A DNA stretch of 64,000 nucleotides from a virus (lineage: Duplodnaviria; Heunggongvirae; Uroviricota; Caudoviricetes). Each line of letters starts with the position of its first letter. Position 1 is the stretch's first letter. Below are positions 36,584 through 45,607 of this stretch, in pieces. The translations under genes were made by a program, and so were the position numbers. Below the pieces are notes generated by a model, which saw only the letters and a list, made by a program, of their open reading frames with translations, searched no databases and was not told where the DNA came from. The stretch lies in IMG/VR virus record IMGVR_UViG_3300047471_000949; one strand, written 5' to 3'.

Positions 36584-37531
36584 ATGATCAGTAACACCAT
36601 AGAACAGTTCGTCTGGGCGGAACGTTACAGACCACAGACCGTAGCTGATTGCATTCTTCCGGCCCAGCTAAAGAACACATTCCAGGGCTTTGTTGATAAA
36701 AAAAACATTCCGAATATGTTGCTCTATGGTCCTCCAGGTGTAGGAAAAACTACTGTGGCCCAGGCAATGTTGCAAGAGCTTGACTGTAACTATATGAAGA
36801 TTCCAGCCAGCCTCGAAGGCAATATTGATACTCTCCGCACCAAGATTCTAAACTTTGCTTCTACCGTCTCATTCAAGGGAGGAAGAAAATATGTCATTCT
36901 GGACGAATGCGATTATCTCACCCACGTCACACAACCGGCACTCAGAAACTTTATCGACGATTATTCTGACAACGCCGGCTTTATCCTCACCGCCAACTAT
37001 AGAAATCGAATCATCGAACCGCTCCAATCACGATGTTTTCCGGTTGACTTTTCGATAGATAAGAAAGAGGCGGCGCGTCTTGCTGCACAGTTTATGAGGC
37101 GCGCCTGTTCTATCTTGGAACAAGAGAAGATCAAGTATGAGAAGACAGTTCTTTGTGCGCTGATTACTAAATACTTTCCTGATTGGCGACGAGTTCTCAA
37201 TGAACTTCAACGCTATTCAGTATCTGGAACAATCGATTCTGGAATACTGACCAATGTCCGTGAAGTCTCAATCAAGGAACTGGTTGGGTTCTTGAAGGAT
37301 AAAAACTTCACCGCAACAAGACAATGGGCAGCAGACCATGTTAGCAACGATTACGCTAATCTATATCGTGAGTTTTACGATACTGCGAACAGTTATTTTC
37401 GTCCGGCGTTTATTCCGCAGATGGTTCTCCTGATTGCCAAGTATATGACGCAATCGGCTGCGGTATTCGATCAAGAAATAAACTTCGTGGCTTTTTGTGT
37501 GGAGTTGATGGTCGAAGGAGAATGGAAGTGA
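36584..37531 (+). CDS. gp44: clamp loader large subunit gp44 (AAA+ RFC-like)
   Basis: Walker A GPPGVGKTT; Walker B ILDECDYL; sensor-1/SRC motif LQSRCF. Confidence 0.9.
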   Translation: MISNTIEQFVWAERYRPQTVADCILPAQLKNTFQGFVDKKNIPNMLLYGPPGVGKTTVAQAMLQELDCNYMKIPASLEGNIDTLRTKILNFASTVSFKGGRKYVILDECDYLTHVTQPALRNFIDDYSDNAGFILTANYRNRIIEPLQSRCFPVDFSIDKKEAARLAAQFMRRACSILEQEKIKYEKTVLCALITKYFPDWRRVLNELQRYSVSGTIDSGILTNVREVSIKELVGFLKDKNFTATRQWAADHVSNDYANLYREFYDTANSYFRPAFIPQMVLLIAKYMTQSAAVFDQEINFVAFCVELMVEGEWK

Positions 37532-37896
37532 CACCAAGAAAACCAAAACGCTTAATGAAAGTGAAGATCAAAACGAAATGGCTTGCGGCTCTTCGAGGCG
37601 GTAACTTTAAACAAACAAAGGCGTGGCTTCGAAGTTCTGAAGACGAATGTTGTTGTCTTGGAGTGCTTGCCGACATTTGCGGGACAACGTGGACCGCGAA
37701 CATGACTGACTGCTCATATTTGAAGTGGCCGACGTGGCGATCTAATTATCAACCCGGTCCCAACCTTCAATTTCTGTCGGAAGATTTTCTTAAAACAACC
37801 GGGTTAACCAATAATCAACAATACACGTTGGCTCGCATGAATGATTCTGGTAAGTCGTTCATTAAAATTGCCAACTACATCGAAAAAAATCTTTAA
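37495..37896 (+). CDS. hypothetical Cys-rich protein (clamp-loader small-subunit position, but no gp62 similarity seen)
   Basis: 133-aa ORF; CCC and several other Cys; the real start is probably an internal Met. Confidence 0.35.
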   Translation: MCGVDGRRRMEVTPRKPKRLMKVKIKTKWLAALRGGNFKQTKAWLRSSEDECCCLGVLADICGTTWTANMTDCSYLKWPTWRSNYQPGPNLQFLSEDFLKTTGLTNNQQYTLARMNDSGKSFIKIANYIEKNL

Positions 37897-38380
37897 CAAG
37901 GTGACAAAACGGCTGATGACCACAAAAAATCCAACACTTGAAGATTTTGGCTTCGACTCTAAGGAGCTTATGATTGAAGTCCATCGCGAAACAATGGGCA
38001 AGCTCATAAAGGCGGAAGCCGAAGTCGATAATCTGCGCCGCGACAACGAACGGCTGCGCTCTCAGCTTGATAGTACGGGCTACCCATTGGGTGAGATTGA
38101 CGGACTAATGCGCGACAACGAACGGCTGCGGGCGAATGAGGAACGTCTTGGGGGATTGTTAGATAAATATGTGAACCGTAATGTCGAGCTGCGAGCGGCG
38201 CTTAAAAAGGCTGGCGTGATGCTATCGCAGGGCTTCTCTAAAGAAACGGTAGCAGAACATATTCAGGCGGCGCTCGCTAATGAGCAGGAAACGATTCAAG
38301 TTCTCGGCGGCTATGAAAGTCTACACACCAATCCCCCTGAACAAATTGCGGCTGATAAAAAGGAGAATGAAAATGACTGA
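37841..38380 (+). CDS. hypothetical coiled-coil protein with repeated RDNERLR motif
   Basis: Two copies of RDNERLR in the protein, reflecting a 23-bp direct repeat in the DNA. Confidence 0.4.
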   Translation: MILVSRSLKLPTTSKKIFNKVTKRLMTTKNPTLEDFGFDSKELMIEVHRETMGKLIKAEAEVDNLRRDNERLRSQLDSTGYPLGEIDGLMRDNERLRANEERLGGLLDKYVNRNVELRAALKKAGVMLSQGFSKETVAEHIQAALANEQETIQVLGGYESLHTNPPEQIAADKKENEND

Positions 38381-38864
38381 CCTATGGAAGGACAGAACCA
38401 GAAAATGGGATCGTCGGTTTTTAGAACTAGCTAAACACATTTCGAGCTGGAGCAAGGACCCATCAACCAAAGTAGGGGCTATATTAGTACAAGACGGCAA
38501 TCGTATTGTGGGCCTTGGTTATAATGGTTTTGCTCGTGGCGTTAACGATTCCGAAGAACGTTATAACCATCGAGAAACCAAGTATCAATTTGTGGTTCAC
38601 GCCGAAGTCAACGCAATATTGATGGCGGGGGAAAAAGCCAAAGGCGCGACACTTTATGTCTATCCCAGCTTTATGATACCGCCAATTTGTCACGAATGTT
38701 GTAAATCTGCCATTCAGGCTGGTGTTACTAATATTATTGGTTATGAACCAGATGTAACAGACGAACGAGTTAAACGTTGGGCCAATTCTATTTCAGTAGC
38801 TAAAACGATGTGCGATGAGGCAGGAATAAAATATCGTAGTTTAAAGGAAGACTCCGTTTTCTGA
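38373..38864 (+). CDS. cd: dCMP deaminase
   Basis: HAEVNAI (zinc-binding H/E) and PICHECCKSA (PCxxC) cytidine/dCMP deaminase motifs; ATG 38373 preferred on RBS spacing. Confidence 0.85.
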   Translation: MTDLWKDRTRKWDRRFLELAKHISSWSKDPSTKVGAILVQDGNRIVGLGYNGFARGVNDSEERYNHRETKYQFVVHAEVNAILMAGEKAKGATLYVYPSFMIPPICHECCKSAIQAGVTNIIGYEPDVTDERVKRWANSISVAKTMCDEAGIKYRSLKEDSVF

Positions 38865-38941
38865 GATAAATACTATATCTCAAGTAACCGTGGCAGTTGG
38901 CGTGTTTGCCTGTTAAGTCCACAAAGAAAAGGAGAAAGTAA

Positions 38942-39814
38942 ATGTCCACACTAGATGTGCGTGTAAATGGTCGTCTGATTGATTTTTATTATAAGGACGG
39001 TAAAACCTTCATCGAAGGCCGCAAAGGCTCCCCCTACGAAATCTCATTCTACAATAGTTCTGTTAAACGAAGAAAAATCATTGTCTCGGTCGACGGCCTG
39101 AATGTTGTCTCCGGAGATAATAACTGGGAACAGGGCTATGCAGTAGAACCGTGGCAAACCTTGGTTATCCCAGGCTGGCGCAAGGATGCTGGCAATGTCG
39201 CCAAGTTTATCTTTTCATCAATGAAAGACTCATATAACCAGCATAATGATCTTGGCGATAAGCAAAACCTCGGAGTAATTGGTTGTCGGGTATTCGATGA
39301 AGTGGTTCAGAAAAAAGAAACAGAACACCACCACTATCATTGGGGTCCATATTACTATCCTTATTATGTTTATCCTCCCGTATATTACACTCCGACAATA
39401 TGGAATGGGGTAGGCATTGGTTCAAGCCCTGTCGGAAGTTCAATTGATGCCTCTAAGAGCGTAAACTTGAATACGTTCAATGACGGTCATTCGGTCAATT
39501 GCAGTTATACCGGAGGCGGTGGTGGTCTATCAGCGGGGGACACTTCGTTTGTTGGATTGGCGTCAGTTGGACAAAACGCCGCAGATTCCGCCGTTAAGAA
39601 TGCCGTGGGAACCGGATGGGGAACAAACAAACAGTTTCAAACCCGTGACGTGAACTATCAGTTTACAACAACGGCTTCCGAGACGTTTCTGATTTATTAT
39701 GATGATCGAAGAGGACTAGAACGACGAGGCATCGATCTATCTCATTATCGTAGACCTCGCCAACCTGAGCCTCAAGCTTTCCCTGGTTCAGTAGGTTGTC
39801 CCCCTCCGAAATAA
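38942..39814 (+). CDS. hypothetical protein with a Tyr/Pro-rich segment and a Gly-rich C-terminus
   Basis: 290-aa ORF; GPYYYPYYVYPPVYYTP low-complexity stretch. Confidence 0.4.
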   Translation: MSTLDVRVNGRLIDFYYKDGKTFIEGRKGSPYEISFYNSSVKRRKIIVSVDGLNVVSGDNNWEQGYAVEPWQTLVIPGWRKDAGNVAKFIFSSMKDSYNQHNDLGDKQNLGVIGCRVFDEVVQKKETEHHHYHWGPYYYPYYVYPPVYYTPTIWNGVGIGSSPVGSSIDASKSVNLNTFNDGHSVNCSYTGGGGGLSAGDTSFVGLASVGQNAADSAVKNAVGTGWGTNKQFQTRDVNYQFTTTASETFLIYYDDRRGLERRGIDLSHYRRPRQPEPQAFPGSVGCPPPK

Positions 39815-39817
39815 TCC

Positions 39818-39846
39818 TTGACAAACATAGTGGATGTTGATAAAAT
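39818..39846 (+). promoter_or_regulatory. sigma70-type early promoter (TTGACA-N17-TGaTAAAAT)
   Basis: Extended -10 TGn; the -10 ends 7 nt before the ATG at 39854 (near-leaderless). Confidence 0.5.
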
Positions 39847-39853
39847 ATCCACT

Positions 39854-40243
39854 ATGTCTGACCCTTTTAGATTCCTTAAGTCTATTCTGACCACCAAAGA
39901 ATATCAGCTTAACTCTGAATATGATGAAAAAGAGTATTCTTCAATATTCCACAACATTGGTTTGAGCCAACACCTCGACGCCGTTCTATATGCCAATGAA
40001 ATGAACATAAACTGGCTATCGTTAACGCCTAAGATGAACTACGACTACTATTTTGGGAGCATAAGACAAATGAAACGAAGATTCGGTAAGTGGGCTAAAA
40101 AGAAGATCAACGAAGAGGATTTACAGTTAGTAATGGATTATTTTCAAACCAACAGACACGTTGCTGAGGAATATCTACGAGTGCTTCTGGCCGATAATAA
40201 ACTGAAGGAGATAAAAGCCCTGGTCGAAAAGGGCGATATATGA
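39854..40243 (+). CDS. hypothetical protein
   Basis: ATG at 39854 (the track starts at TTG 39818, which is the -35 element itself). Confidence 0.4.
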   Translation: MSDPFRFLKSILTTKEYQLNSEYDEKEYSSIFHNIGLSQHLDAVLYANEMNINWLSLTPKMNYDYYFGSIRQMKRRFGKWAKKKINEEDLQLVMDYFQTNRHVAEEYLRVLLADNKLKEIKALVEKGDI

Positions 40244-40602
40244 CTTGGAAATATATTGTTGATGGCTTAAGACCTGATTGGGCAGGATTAAAAAGAGCTA
40301 AAAAGATTGTCGAATGGGTCGAACAATATAGCGAAAAACAGATTGGTCGAAGCTGGCTTTATCGTAGAATGAAAGAAGACGTCAAAAATAATGTTCAGTA
40401 TCCAGGAGGAATAGGCGGGGGTTTACCTAATGGAATGCCTCGACATTTTATGTTTTTCTTTAATGATAAAAAAATAGCCAAAGCAATGTGTAAAAAGTTG
40501 GGTTGCAAGGAAGCTTATGATTATGGTCGTTGGGTGGTTCAGGACATAAACGACTATGAAAAAAACGAAGATGGTTTTTACTATAAAAAAGGCGAGATAT
40601 GA
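40240..40602 (+). CDS. hypothetical protein
   Basis: 120-aa ORF. Confidence 0.4.
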   Translation: MTWKYIVDGLRPDWAGLKRAKKIVEWVEQYSEKQIGRSWLYRRMKEDVKNNVQYPGGIGGGLPNGMPRHFMFFFNDKKIAKAMCKKLGCKEAYDYGRWVVQDINDYEKNEDGFYYKKGEI

Positions 40603-41024
40603 CTAACGCAAACTCAATTCATTATGGTGTAAACGAAGTAAACGAGACCTTCGGGGTGTTCTTGACGCCTCGTCTCGAAAAATATCAGAATAGCGAAGCT
40701 CCGGAAACGGTTGAAATCCAGCAATGGACCTGGAATTTCGGCAATGAGCTAAAAGGTAAGGGATATACTGTTACCTATCTTGCAGGTCCTATCGCACTTT
40801 ACGAAGGAACTCGCTTAGATACAAAAACCTTCACGTTCAAGATGAACGACCAGTGTAAAGAGTTTATGGAATCCGATGAGTTTTTGGATGGAGTAAAACT
40901 GAAAGACTGTGTGATATTCCTTTACCAAAAACTGCCCAATCAACTACGATATGATCTACTAACAAAAGAGTTTATTCTGGAAAATCGTAAAAAATCTGGA
41001 AAGAAAAATAAAAAAGGAGCTTGA
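40599..41024 (+). CDS. hypothetical protein
   Basis: 141-aa ORF; its stop TGA is embedded in the next promoter's -35. Confidence 0.4.
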   Translation: MTNANSIHYGVNEVNETFGVFLTPRLEKYQNSEAPETVEIQQWTWNFGNELKGKGYTVTYLAGPIALYEGTRLDTKTFTFKMNDQCKEFMESDEFLDGVKLKDCVIFLYQKLPNQLRYDLLTKEFILENRKKSGKKNKKGA

Positions 41025-41049
41025 CATAGCTCTTGAACTTTGATAGATT
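41021..41049 (+). promoter_or_regulatory. sigma70-type early promoter (TTGACA-N17-TGaTAGATT)
   Basis: Extended -10; followed by an AAAGGAG RBS and the ATG at 41073. Confidence 0.5.
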
Positions 41050-41072
41050 TAGGATAAGAAAGGAGAATATAA

Positions 41073-41287
41073 TGGTAAAACTTTCAAAAACTGAAAAGCT
41101 TGTGAATGTTCTAGCAAAGGGTAAGCCTTTGACTGCCGACCAGATCACAGATAGATTTGGTCTACAGAATCCTTCGGCGACGATTCATCGTCTTCGCGAA
41201 GATGGTGGACTGAAGATTTATACCAATCCTCGTCGCGATAGTGACGGATATCGGTTCTATCAGTATAGAATGTCTACCCGAGTCTAA
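41073..41287 (+). CDS. small putative helix-turn-helix DNA-binding protein
   Basis: 71 aa; LTADQITDRFGL...IHRLR HTH-like segment; followed by a strong terminator. Confidence 0.35.
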
Positions 41288-41310
41288 TCTCTAGAGATTT
41301 GTCTCAACTA

Positions 41311-41340
41311 CCCCAGGACCCGTGCCTGGGGTTCTTTTTT
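41311..41340 (+). terminator. rho-independent terminator
   Basis: CCCCAGG-ACCCGTG-CCTGGGG hairpin followed by TTCTTTTTT. Confidence 0.8.
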
Positions 41341-41393
41341 GTCTAAAACTGAAATCTATCATTAAATAAATACTCTACATCTTAGAGTATAAA

Positions 41394-41828
41394 ATGACAG
41401 AGAATGAACCTTTTGATTTTGGCATAGAAGTTAAACTCCCCGAAAACAACAACTTTAGCGACTTCAAAGACCGCACGAAAGACGGCTTTCTCGTCGTCAA
41501 GGAAACCTTGACTAGAATCGGTATAGCTTCTAAAAAAACCAAGACACTCTATCAGAGCTGTCATATTCTCCACAAGAAATCTAAATATTATATCGTAACT
41601 TTTAAGGAACTTTTTAAGCTTGATGGAAAACCAGCCGACATTACTGAAGATGACATTGCTCGACGCAATACTATTGTAAAGCTGTTGGCAGAATGGAAGC
41701 TGTTGGAGATTATTGATAAAGAAAAAGCGGAGGTAAACGAACCTCCGCCATCTATTAGAGTAATAAGTTACAAGGATAAGGCCAACTGGGTATTATCGGC
41801 TAAGTATCAGATCGGCACTAAATCATAA
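41394..41828 (+). CDS. regA: RegA translational repressor
   Basis: Collinear with T4 RegA: LVVKETLTRIGIASKKTKTLYQSCHILHKKSKYYIVTFKEL vs LKVKETLTRMGIANNKDKVLYQSCHILQKKGLYYIVHFKEM; about 20-aa N-terminal extension. Confidence 0.85.
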   Translation: MTENEPFDFGIEVKLPENNNFSDFKDRTKDGFLVVKETLTRIGIASKKTKTLYQSCHILHKKSKYYIVTFKELFKLDGKPADITEDDIARRNTIVKLLAEWKLLEIIDKEKAEVNEPPPSIRVISYKDKANWVLSAKYQIGTKS

Positions 41829-41988
41829 CATCATTTCCGCTGGATTTAATAACAACTTTAATAGCAATTTCCAAACAGGACGGGCGGATGTCACCAATCG
41901 CTCCTTCAGCTAGTATCTTATCCTGACAGTTTCTGAGACAGTCAACGACTTCGCCCATAGTGATAGGATATTGTGCTAAGTTTCTCAT
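41818..41988 (-). CDS. hypothetical small protein (56 aa)
   Basis: MRNLAQYPITMGEVVDCLRNCQDKILAEGAIGDIRPSCLEIAIKVV...; ATGA-coupled to the phosphatase gene; not in the track. Confidence 0.3.
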   Translation of the reverse strand: MRNLAQYPITMGEVVDCLRNCQDKILAEGAIGDIRPSCLEIAIKVVIKSSGNDVMI

Positions 41989-42632
41989 ATTAAATCATCC
42001 CTATATTCGAGTTCGTTCAAGCAGACAAATCGAGTTCCTCGTAAAACATGATCGAAGCTGGAATGGTAGTGTCCAAATACCCACAGTTCCGGAGAATGGG
42101 CCGACCACATAGACTGGAAAGCCTGAGCGGTGCGAGCATCTAGTTTACCCCAAGATTGACGACCAGATTCGGTCAACACTGCTCCTGCCACTTCCACTGG
42201 ACAATCGTGTGTGATCATTACTCGAGGACGAAGGGCCAGATATTTGTCTGTCAGATCGTAAAGTTCGGCTGTTGATAGTTCCTCGTCGGCCCACCACGAA
42301 TAGTTTTCAACTCTATATTCTTGATCAACCGAAAGGGCGCCGCCGATAAACATAGTATCGCCTTCGACAGTTCCATCCTTGATCCATTGTGACTGGTCTC
42401 GACAGACACCTGGATTATCGTGATTGCCTCGAATAAAACGAGCATCGTGTTTAACCATTGCATAATGCGGCGGATTCTCGAAAAACTCGCCTGCACGATA
42501 GCCTTGATTGTGACGAAAACCTACTCCCATATCTCCCACCTGAATAGAGGCAGGAGCATCGGCGATTATTCTTTTATATTGTTCATATTTTCCGTGTACA
42601 TCTCCCACAAGGCGAATCATAATACCATCCAA
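41985..42632 (-). CDS. Ser/Thr-type metallophosphatase (calcineurin-like, PPP family)
   Basis: GDVHGK; VGDMG; RGNHD; GHYH — the ordered PPP/metallophosphoesterase motifs. Confidence 0.75.
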   Translation of the reverse strand: MDGIMIRLVGDVHGKYEQYKRIIADAPASIQVGDMGVGFRHNQGYRAGEFFENPPHYAMVKHDARFIRGNHDNPGVCRDQSQWIKDGTVEGDTMFIGGALSVDQEYRVENYSWWADEELSTAELYDLTDKYLALRPRVMITHDCPVEVAGAVLTESGRQSWGKLDARTAQAFQSMWSAHSPELWVFGHYHSSFDHVLRGTRFVCLNELEYRDDLI

Positions 42633-42769
42633 GCTTTGTTGTTTTTAATTCTGTTTATAGTGCTGTAGCTTACATTAAATTCATTCATAAGTTTAACTAC
42701 AGAAACACCATCTACTAAACTGAAAACACGCTTCACCTTCAAAAAATCCTGCGGTCCAAAATATATCAG

Positions 42770-42976
42770 TTAGACGCATATATCTCGCTCCAGTAAGTTA
42801 GAAAAAACAGTTCGAGGCGCATCCTCCAACCAAGGATATTGGCGCGGAACCATCATATAGCATTCGGTTGGCTTCGGGTCTAGGTCCATTACATATTGCA
42901 TATCTTCGGCGGCTTTGCCGGCCAGATAGAATGCAGTATGTAAGTCGTTATGATGTCGCATATAGAATAGCATCAT
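42770..42976 (-). CDS. hypothetical protein
   Basis: 68-aa minus-strand ORF downstream of a minus-strand terminator. Confidence 0.35.
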   Translation of the reverse strand: MMLFYMRHHNDLHTAFYLAGKAAEDMQYVMDLDPKPTECYMMVPRQYPWLEDAPRTVFSNLLERDICV

Positions 42977-42988
42977 TTTAGTACTCCT

Positions 42989-43020
42989 AAAAAAAATGCG
43001 CGGTTTAGAAGATCGCGCCC
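42989..43020 (-). terminator. rho-independent terminator (minus strand)
   Basis: Minus-strand GGGCGCG-loop-CGCGC hairpin followed by an 8-U run, just after the 43080-43520 gene. Confidence 0.55.
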
Positions 43021-43079
43021 CTTCCTGCTCTTCCCATCTAACCGTGCTTCTTGGCAGCCGTCAAGCACCGTTTAGTTAT

Positions 43080-43520
43080 TTAGGCTGCGTTTCGCTTTTC
43101 TGCCAGCTTCTTGATCATTGCCAAAGTCTCAGACTTAGTCTTTGCCTGTTCCTCCGGCGACTTCACCGTGACGGTGACCTTCGCCTTTTTTGCCTTCGGC
43201 TGTTTTACTGCTTTTTCCTTCTTGGGCTTCGGCAGCGATTTATCGAGAATTGCCTGAAGCATATTCTTGATATCAGCCGTCGGACCCCAAAACTTGCCTT
43301 CCAGCAAGGTTCGGACAGCAGCAGTTTTAGTCGTATTGGCTGGCATCTTGAACCAGAAAAAAGTCACCGACTTTCCGGTGGCTAGTACTGTCTCAGGAAG
43401 CATTGCCCATACGGCATACTTTTTGTTGCACGATGTATGGAAATTGTGTGTTACCTTTCCATCCTCGTCGGACACTACCGATACACCGGCATATCCTACA
43501 ACTCTGTCAACTTTCGCCAT
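43080..43520 (-). CDS. hypothetical protein with a Lys/Ala-rich histone-H1-like C-terminal tail
   Basis: 146 aa; C-terminal KPKKEKAVKQPKAKKAKVTVTVKSPEEQAKTK. Confidence 0.45.
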   Translation of the reverse strand: MAKVDRVVGYAGVSVVSDEDGKVTHNFHTSCNKKYAVWAMLPETVLATGKSVTFFWFKMPANTTKTAAVRTLLEGKFWGPTADIKNMLQAILDKSLPKPKKEKAVKQPKAKKAKVTVTVKSPEEQAKTKSETLAMIKKLAEKRNAA

Positions 43521-43597
43521 TATGGCTCCTTTCAGTTAACGGTTTCAGTATTTGCACTATACACCACCGACACGAATTTGTCAAGTGGAAAGTTCGG

Positions 43598-43722
43598 CAA
43601 GGCCTGGTGGGGGTCGAACCCACGTCTCTCATTGCGAGCATTGTCTGATCAAAACAAAGACTGAACTGATCAAGTTCAACGAACCTCGCGAGCGGATTAA
43701 CCACTCTCCTACAGGCCCATAA
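43598..43722 (-). tRNA. tRNA-like element, atypical at about 119 nt (possible insertion or intron, or degenerate)
   Basis: On the minus strand: 7-bp acceptor stem GGGCCUG/CAGGCCU; canonical T-arm GUGGG-UUCGACC-CCCAC; D-loop-like AGUGGUUAA; a 40-45 nt insert between GCGAG and CUCGC where the anticodon arm should be. Confidence 0.3.
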
Positions 43723-44471
43723 AGGATGCGACGATTTACTTTCTTGTAAAGGAGTCGTCGCCCACTCCCAGCAGAACTTATTTAAAGCCGCTTCTGCCCT
43801 AATAGGCGTTTTTACTCACCCCGGCTATTATCAAGAACTTTTTAGGAGGGGCGCATTCTTTAAGTTGTCATGATGGGGTGTTACCCACACCATCAACACG
43901 ATATTGAGGTGTTGATGATTCCGCCCAGTCGTATCTTATCCTGCCGTTTCCCCGCCGCCCGACTTCATTTTCGTTGTCAGTCGCGACATTCTAGCTAAAC
44001 TTCGCAGAATGAACCACTTGCTAGTAGGTACTTTACGCGGCGCACGATCCAGGTAAATTTCCGAATTGAATCGGTGCTCCTAAACAGTCTTTAGTCGGCG
44101 GGAGGGCTAAGTCCCGCGAAATGTTGGTCGGCCATTGTTTTCAAAGGACGCCAACGCCCTGCTTTTCAGTCTTGTATTATCAATATACAACCTTAGTGGT
44201 CGCTTGTCAACTTAAATCGACATTCTATTATCACAAAATCGTGAGCGATCACGACTTCGTGATCGACCCAATAGGATGGTCGTGGGTTCGCGAACTTTTT
44301 CCTGGATAATGATACATTATGCCGATTTAGATGCACCACAGCTCGATTCTAGGCATTTATGCTATATTTCTGCACTTTCCAGAAACTGCAATATTCCGAT
44401 AGAAAAAACTCAATAGAATCAATAACTTATAACCCCTTGATTTCATTGAAGAACTTATTTTACGATTTCTC
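43723..44471. other. ORF-free, hairpin-rich intergenic region (about 0.75 kb); candidate structured RNA(s) or origin
   Basis: No ORF over 60 aa except one weak 62-aa frame; multiple perfect hairpins including a GNRA tetraloop stem CGTGA-GCGA-TCACG overlapping the palindrome GATCACGA-CT-TCGTGATC, and GCGGGA-GGGCTAAG-TCCCGC. Confidence 0.4.
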
Positions 44472-44500
44472 TTGACAATCGCTTCCGACTACTATATAGT
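44472..44500 (+). promoter_or_regulatory. sigma70-type early promoter (TTGACA-N17-TATAGT)
   Basis: Heads the long co-directional array of small early genes. Confidence 0.5.
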
Positions 44501-44528
44501 TATTATTATAACGAATAGAGAAAGATGA

Positions 44529-44711
44529 ATGACTAAGAAAACCAGAACATTCAAAAATATTGAAGAGTTTTCCATATATCTGAAAACGCTTTCGTATTCC
44601 GAAGTAACCAAAGTATGGGACAAGGCAGAAAAGGCAAAACGCCACGAATATGCCAAAGTCGCATTACACGAACTTTACACTCGCCCGTTTGAACTAGTAA
44701 CAAAAAGGTAA
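44529..44711 (+). CDS. hypothetical small protein
   Basis: 60-aa ORF, first gene after the early promoter. Confidence 0.35.
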   Translation: MTKKTRTFKNIEEFSIYLKTLSYSEVTKVWDKAEKAKRHEYAKVALHELYTRPFELVTKR

Positions 44712-44719
44712 ACCTAACT

Positions 44720-44920
44720 ATGAAACTCAAGAACGGAATGAAAATGTGGACTCGTGAAACCCCCGCAATGGGCGGTTTTGGTCCCGTTATGTCGGAGCAA
44801 ATTGTAATCTGTAAAAACACAACCGTTGGCAAAGACGCCAATTGGTATATTGTCAGATTCGCCGATGGTGGCGAGTTGACAATGCACCGCGATTCAATGA
44901 CTTATGGGATGGCCAACTAA
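44720..44920 (+). CDS. hypothetical small protein
   Basis: 66-aa ORF. Confidence 0.35.
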   Translation: MKLKNGMKMWTRETPAMGGFGPVMSEQIVICKNTTVGKDANWYIVRFADGGELTMHRDSMTYGMAN

Positions 44921-45093
44921 TGTTCCGCTATTCGACACATAAATCCCGAAAAGCTGCAGAAGCAGCGCTTGAGGACTACTTCGCTTCCGGCGAAGTTTTT
45001 CCATCCGAGTTCTCCGAAATTCGTAGCCGCCGTGAACGTGTGCCTCCTCACTATTGGTCGCGCTGGTTTTACGACATTATGCTGAGAGGCTAA
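44920..45093 (+). CDS. hypothetical small protein
   Basis: ATG at 44920 overlapping the upstream stop (TAATG). Confidence 0.35.
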   Translation: MFRYSTHKSRKAAEAALEDYFASGEVFPSEFSEIRSRRERVPPHYWSRWFYDIMLRG

Positions 45094-45094
45094 A

Positions 45095-45367
45095 ATGGCC
45101 CGCAAAACCCCCCGTTTCGTTGTTTACCACATTCGTTCAACTATGACAGACGCAACTTATGTGACCTATTATCACGCGCGAAATCGCTGTGATAAACTGA
45201 ACAAACGAGACAATGGCTCACACGAAGTTTCGACCATCGCCAACTATAACAAAAACGTCGTCCATATGGTCGAGCGCGTCAATATGATGAGCGGTAAGAA
45301 GTATCTGGAACCGAGCAACACTCCGAACTATTGTAGTCCGTCGAGTGAAGCTTATTGGAGTATGTAA
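45095..45367 (+). CDS. hypothetical protein
   Basis: 90-aa ORF. Confidence 0.35.
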   Translation: MARKTPRFVVYHIRSTMTDATYVTYYHARNRCDKLNKRDNGSHEVSTIANYNKNVVHMVERVNMMSGKKYLEPSNTPNYCSPSSEAYWSM

Positions 45368-45603
45368 CTATGAAAACCCTTATGACTGGAAAACTACTAC
45401 TCGCGGCCGATGAATCGGTTGACGACGAATACGAGGTGCTTGATCGAAATGGCAATGTGACTGACTTTGCTATTCAAGTATCAGCCCCCTACTTTACTGC
45501 CACACGGATTGACGAAGATCGTGGAGAAATGTGGTTCGGTCCAGAACGGCGCAGCCTTAAAACTGCCCTCAAGGACGCAATGCTCCAATACCTGAAAGGT
45601 TAA
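45355..45603 (+). CDS. hypothetical protein
   Basis: 82-aa ORF. Confidence 0.35.
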   Translation: MEYVTMKTLMTGKLLLAADESVDDEYEVLDRNGNVTDFAIQVSAPYFTATRIDEDRGEMWFGPERRSLKTALKDAMLQYLKG

Positions 45604-45607
45604 TACA

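Noticed and set aside
37495-37896. ORF after gp44 considered as the clamp-loader small subunit gp62
   Set aside because: No resemblance to the T4 gp62 sequence as I recall it. Cys-rich and basic instead. The position alone is insufficient.
38036-38130. 23-bp direct repeat GCGCGACAACGAACGGCTGCG, two copies 72 bp apart
   Set aside because: In-frame within the 37841-38380 CDS and encoding a repeated RDNERLR peptide. It is a coding repeat, not a CRISPR array or att site.
38942-39814. Tyr/Pro/Gly-rich 290-aa protein considered as a collagen-like or tail-fibre protein
   Set aside because: No Gly-X-Y periodicity or recognisable fibre motifs. Left as hypothetical.
43080-43520. Possibility that the plus-strand track ORFs 42996-43385 and 43267-43539 are real
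   Set aside because: They are Leu/Arg/Ser-rich low-complexity frames antisense to a coherent Lys-rich minus-strand ORF that has its own terminator.
44270-44300. GTGGGTTCGCGAAC looked like a second tRNA T-arm
   Set aside because: No complementary stem for a T-loop and no acceptor-stem pairing within 90 nt on either strand.
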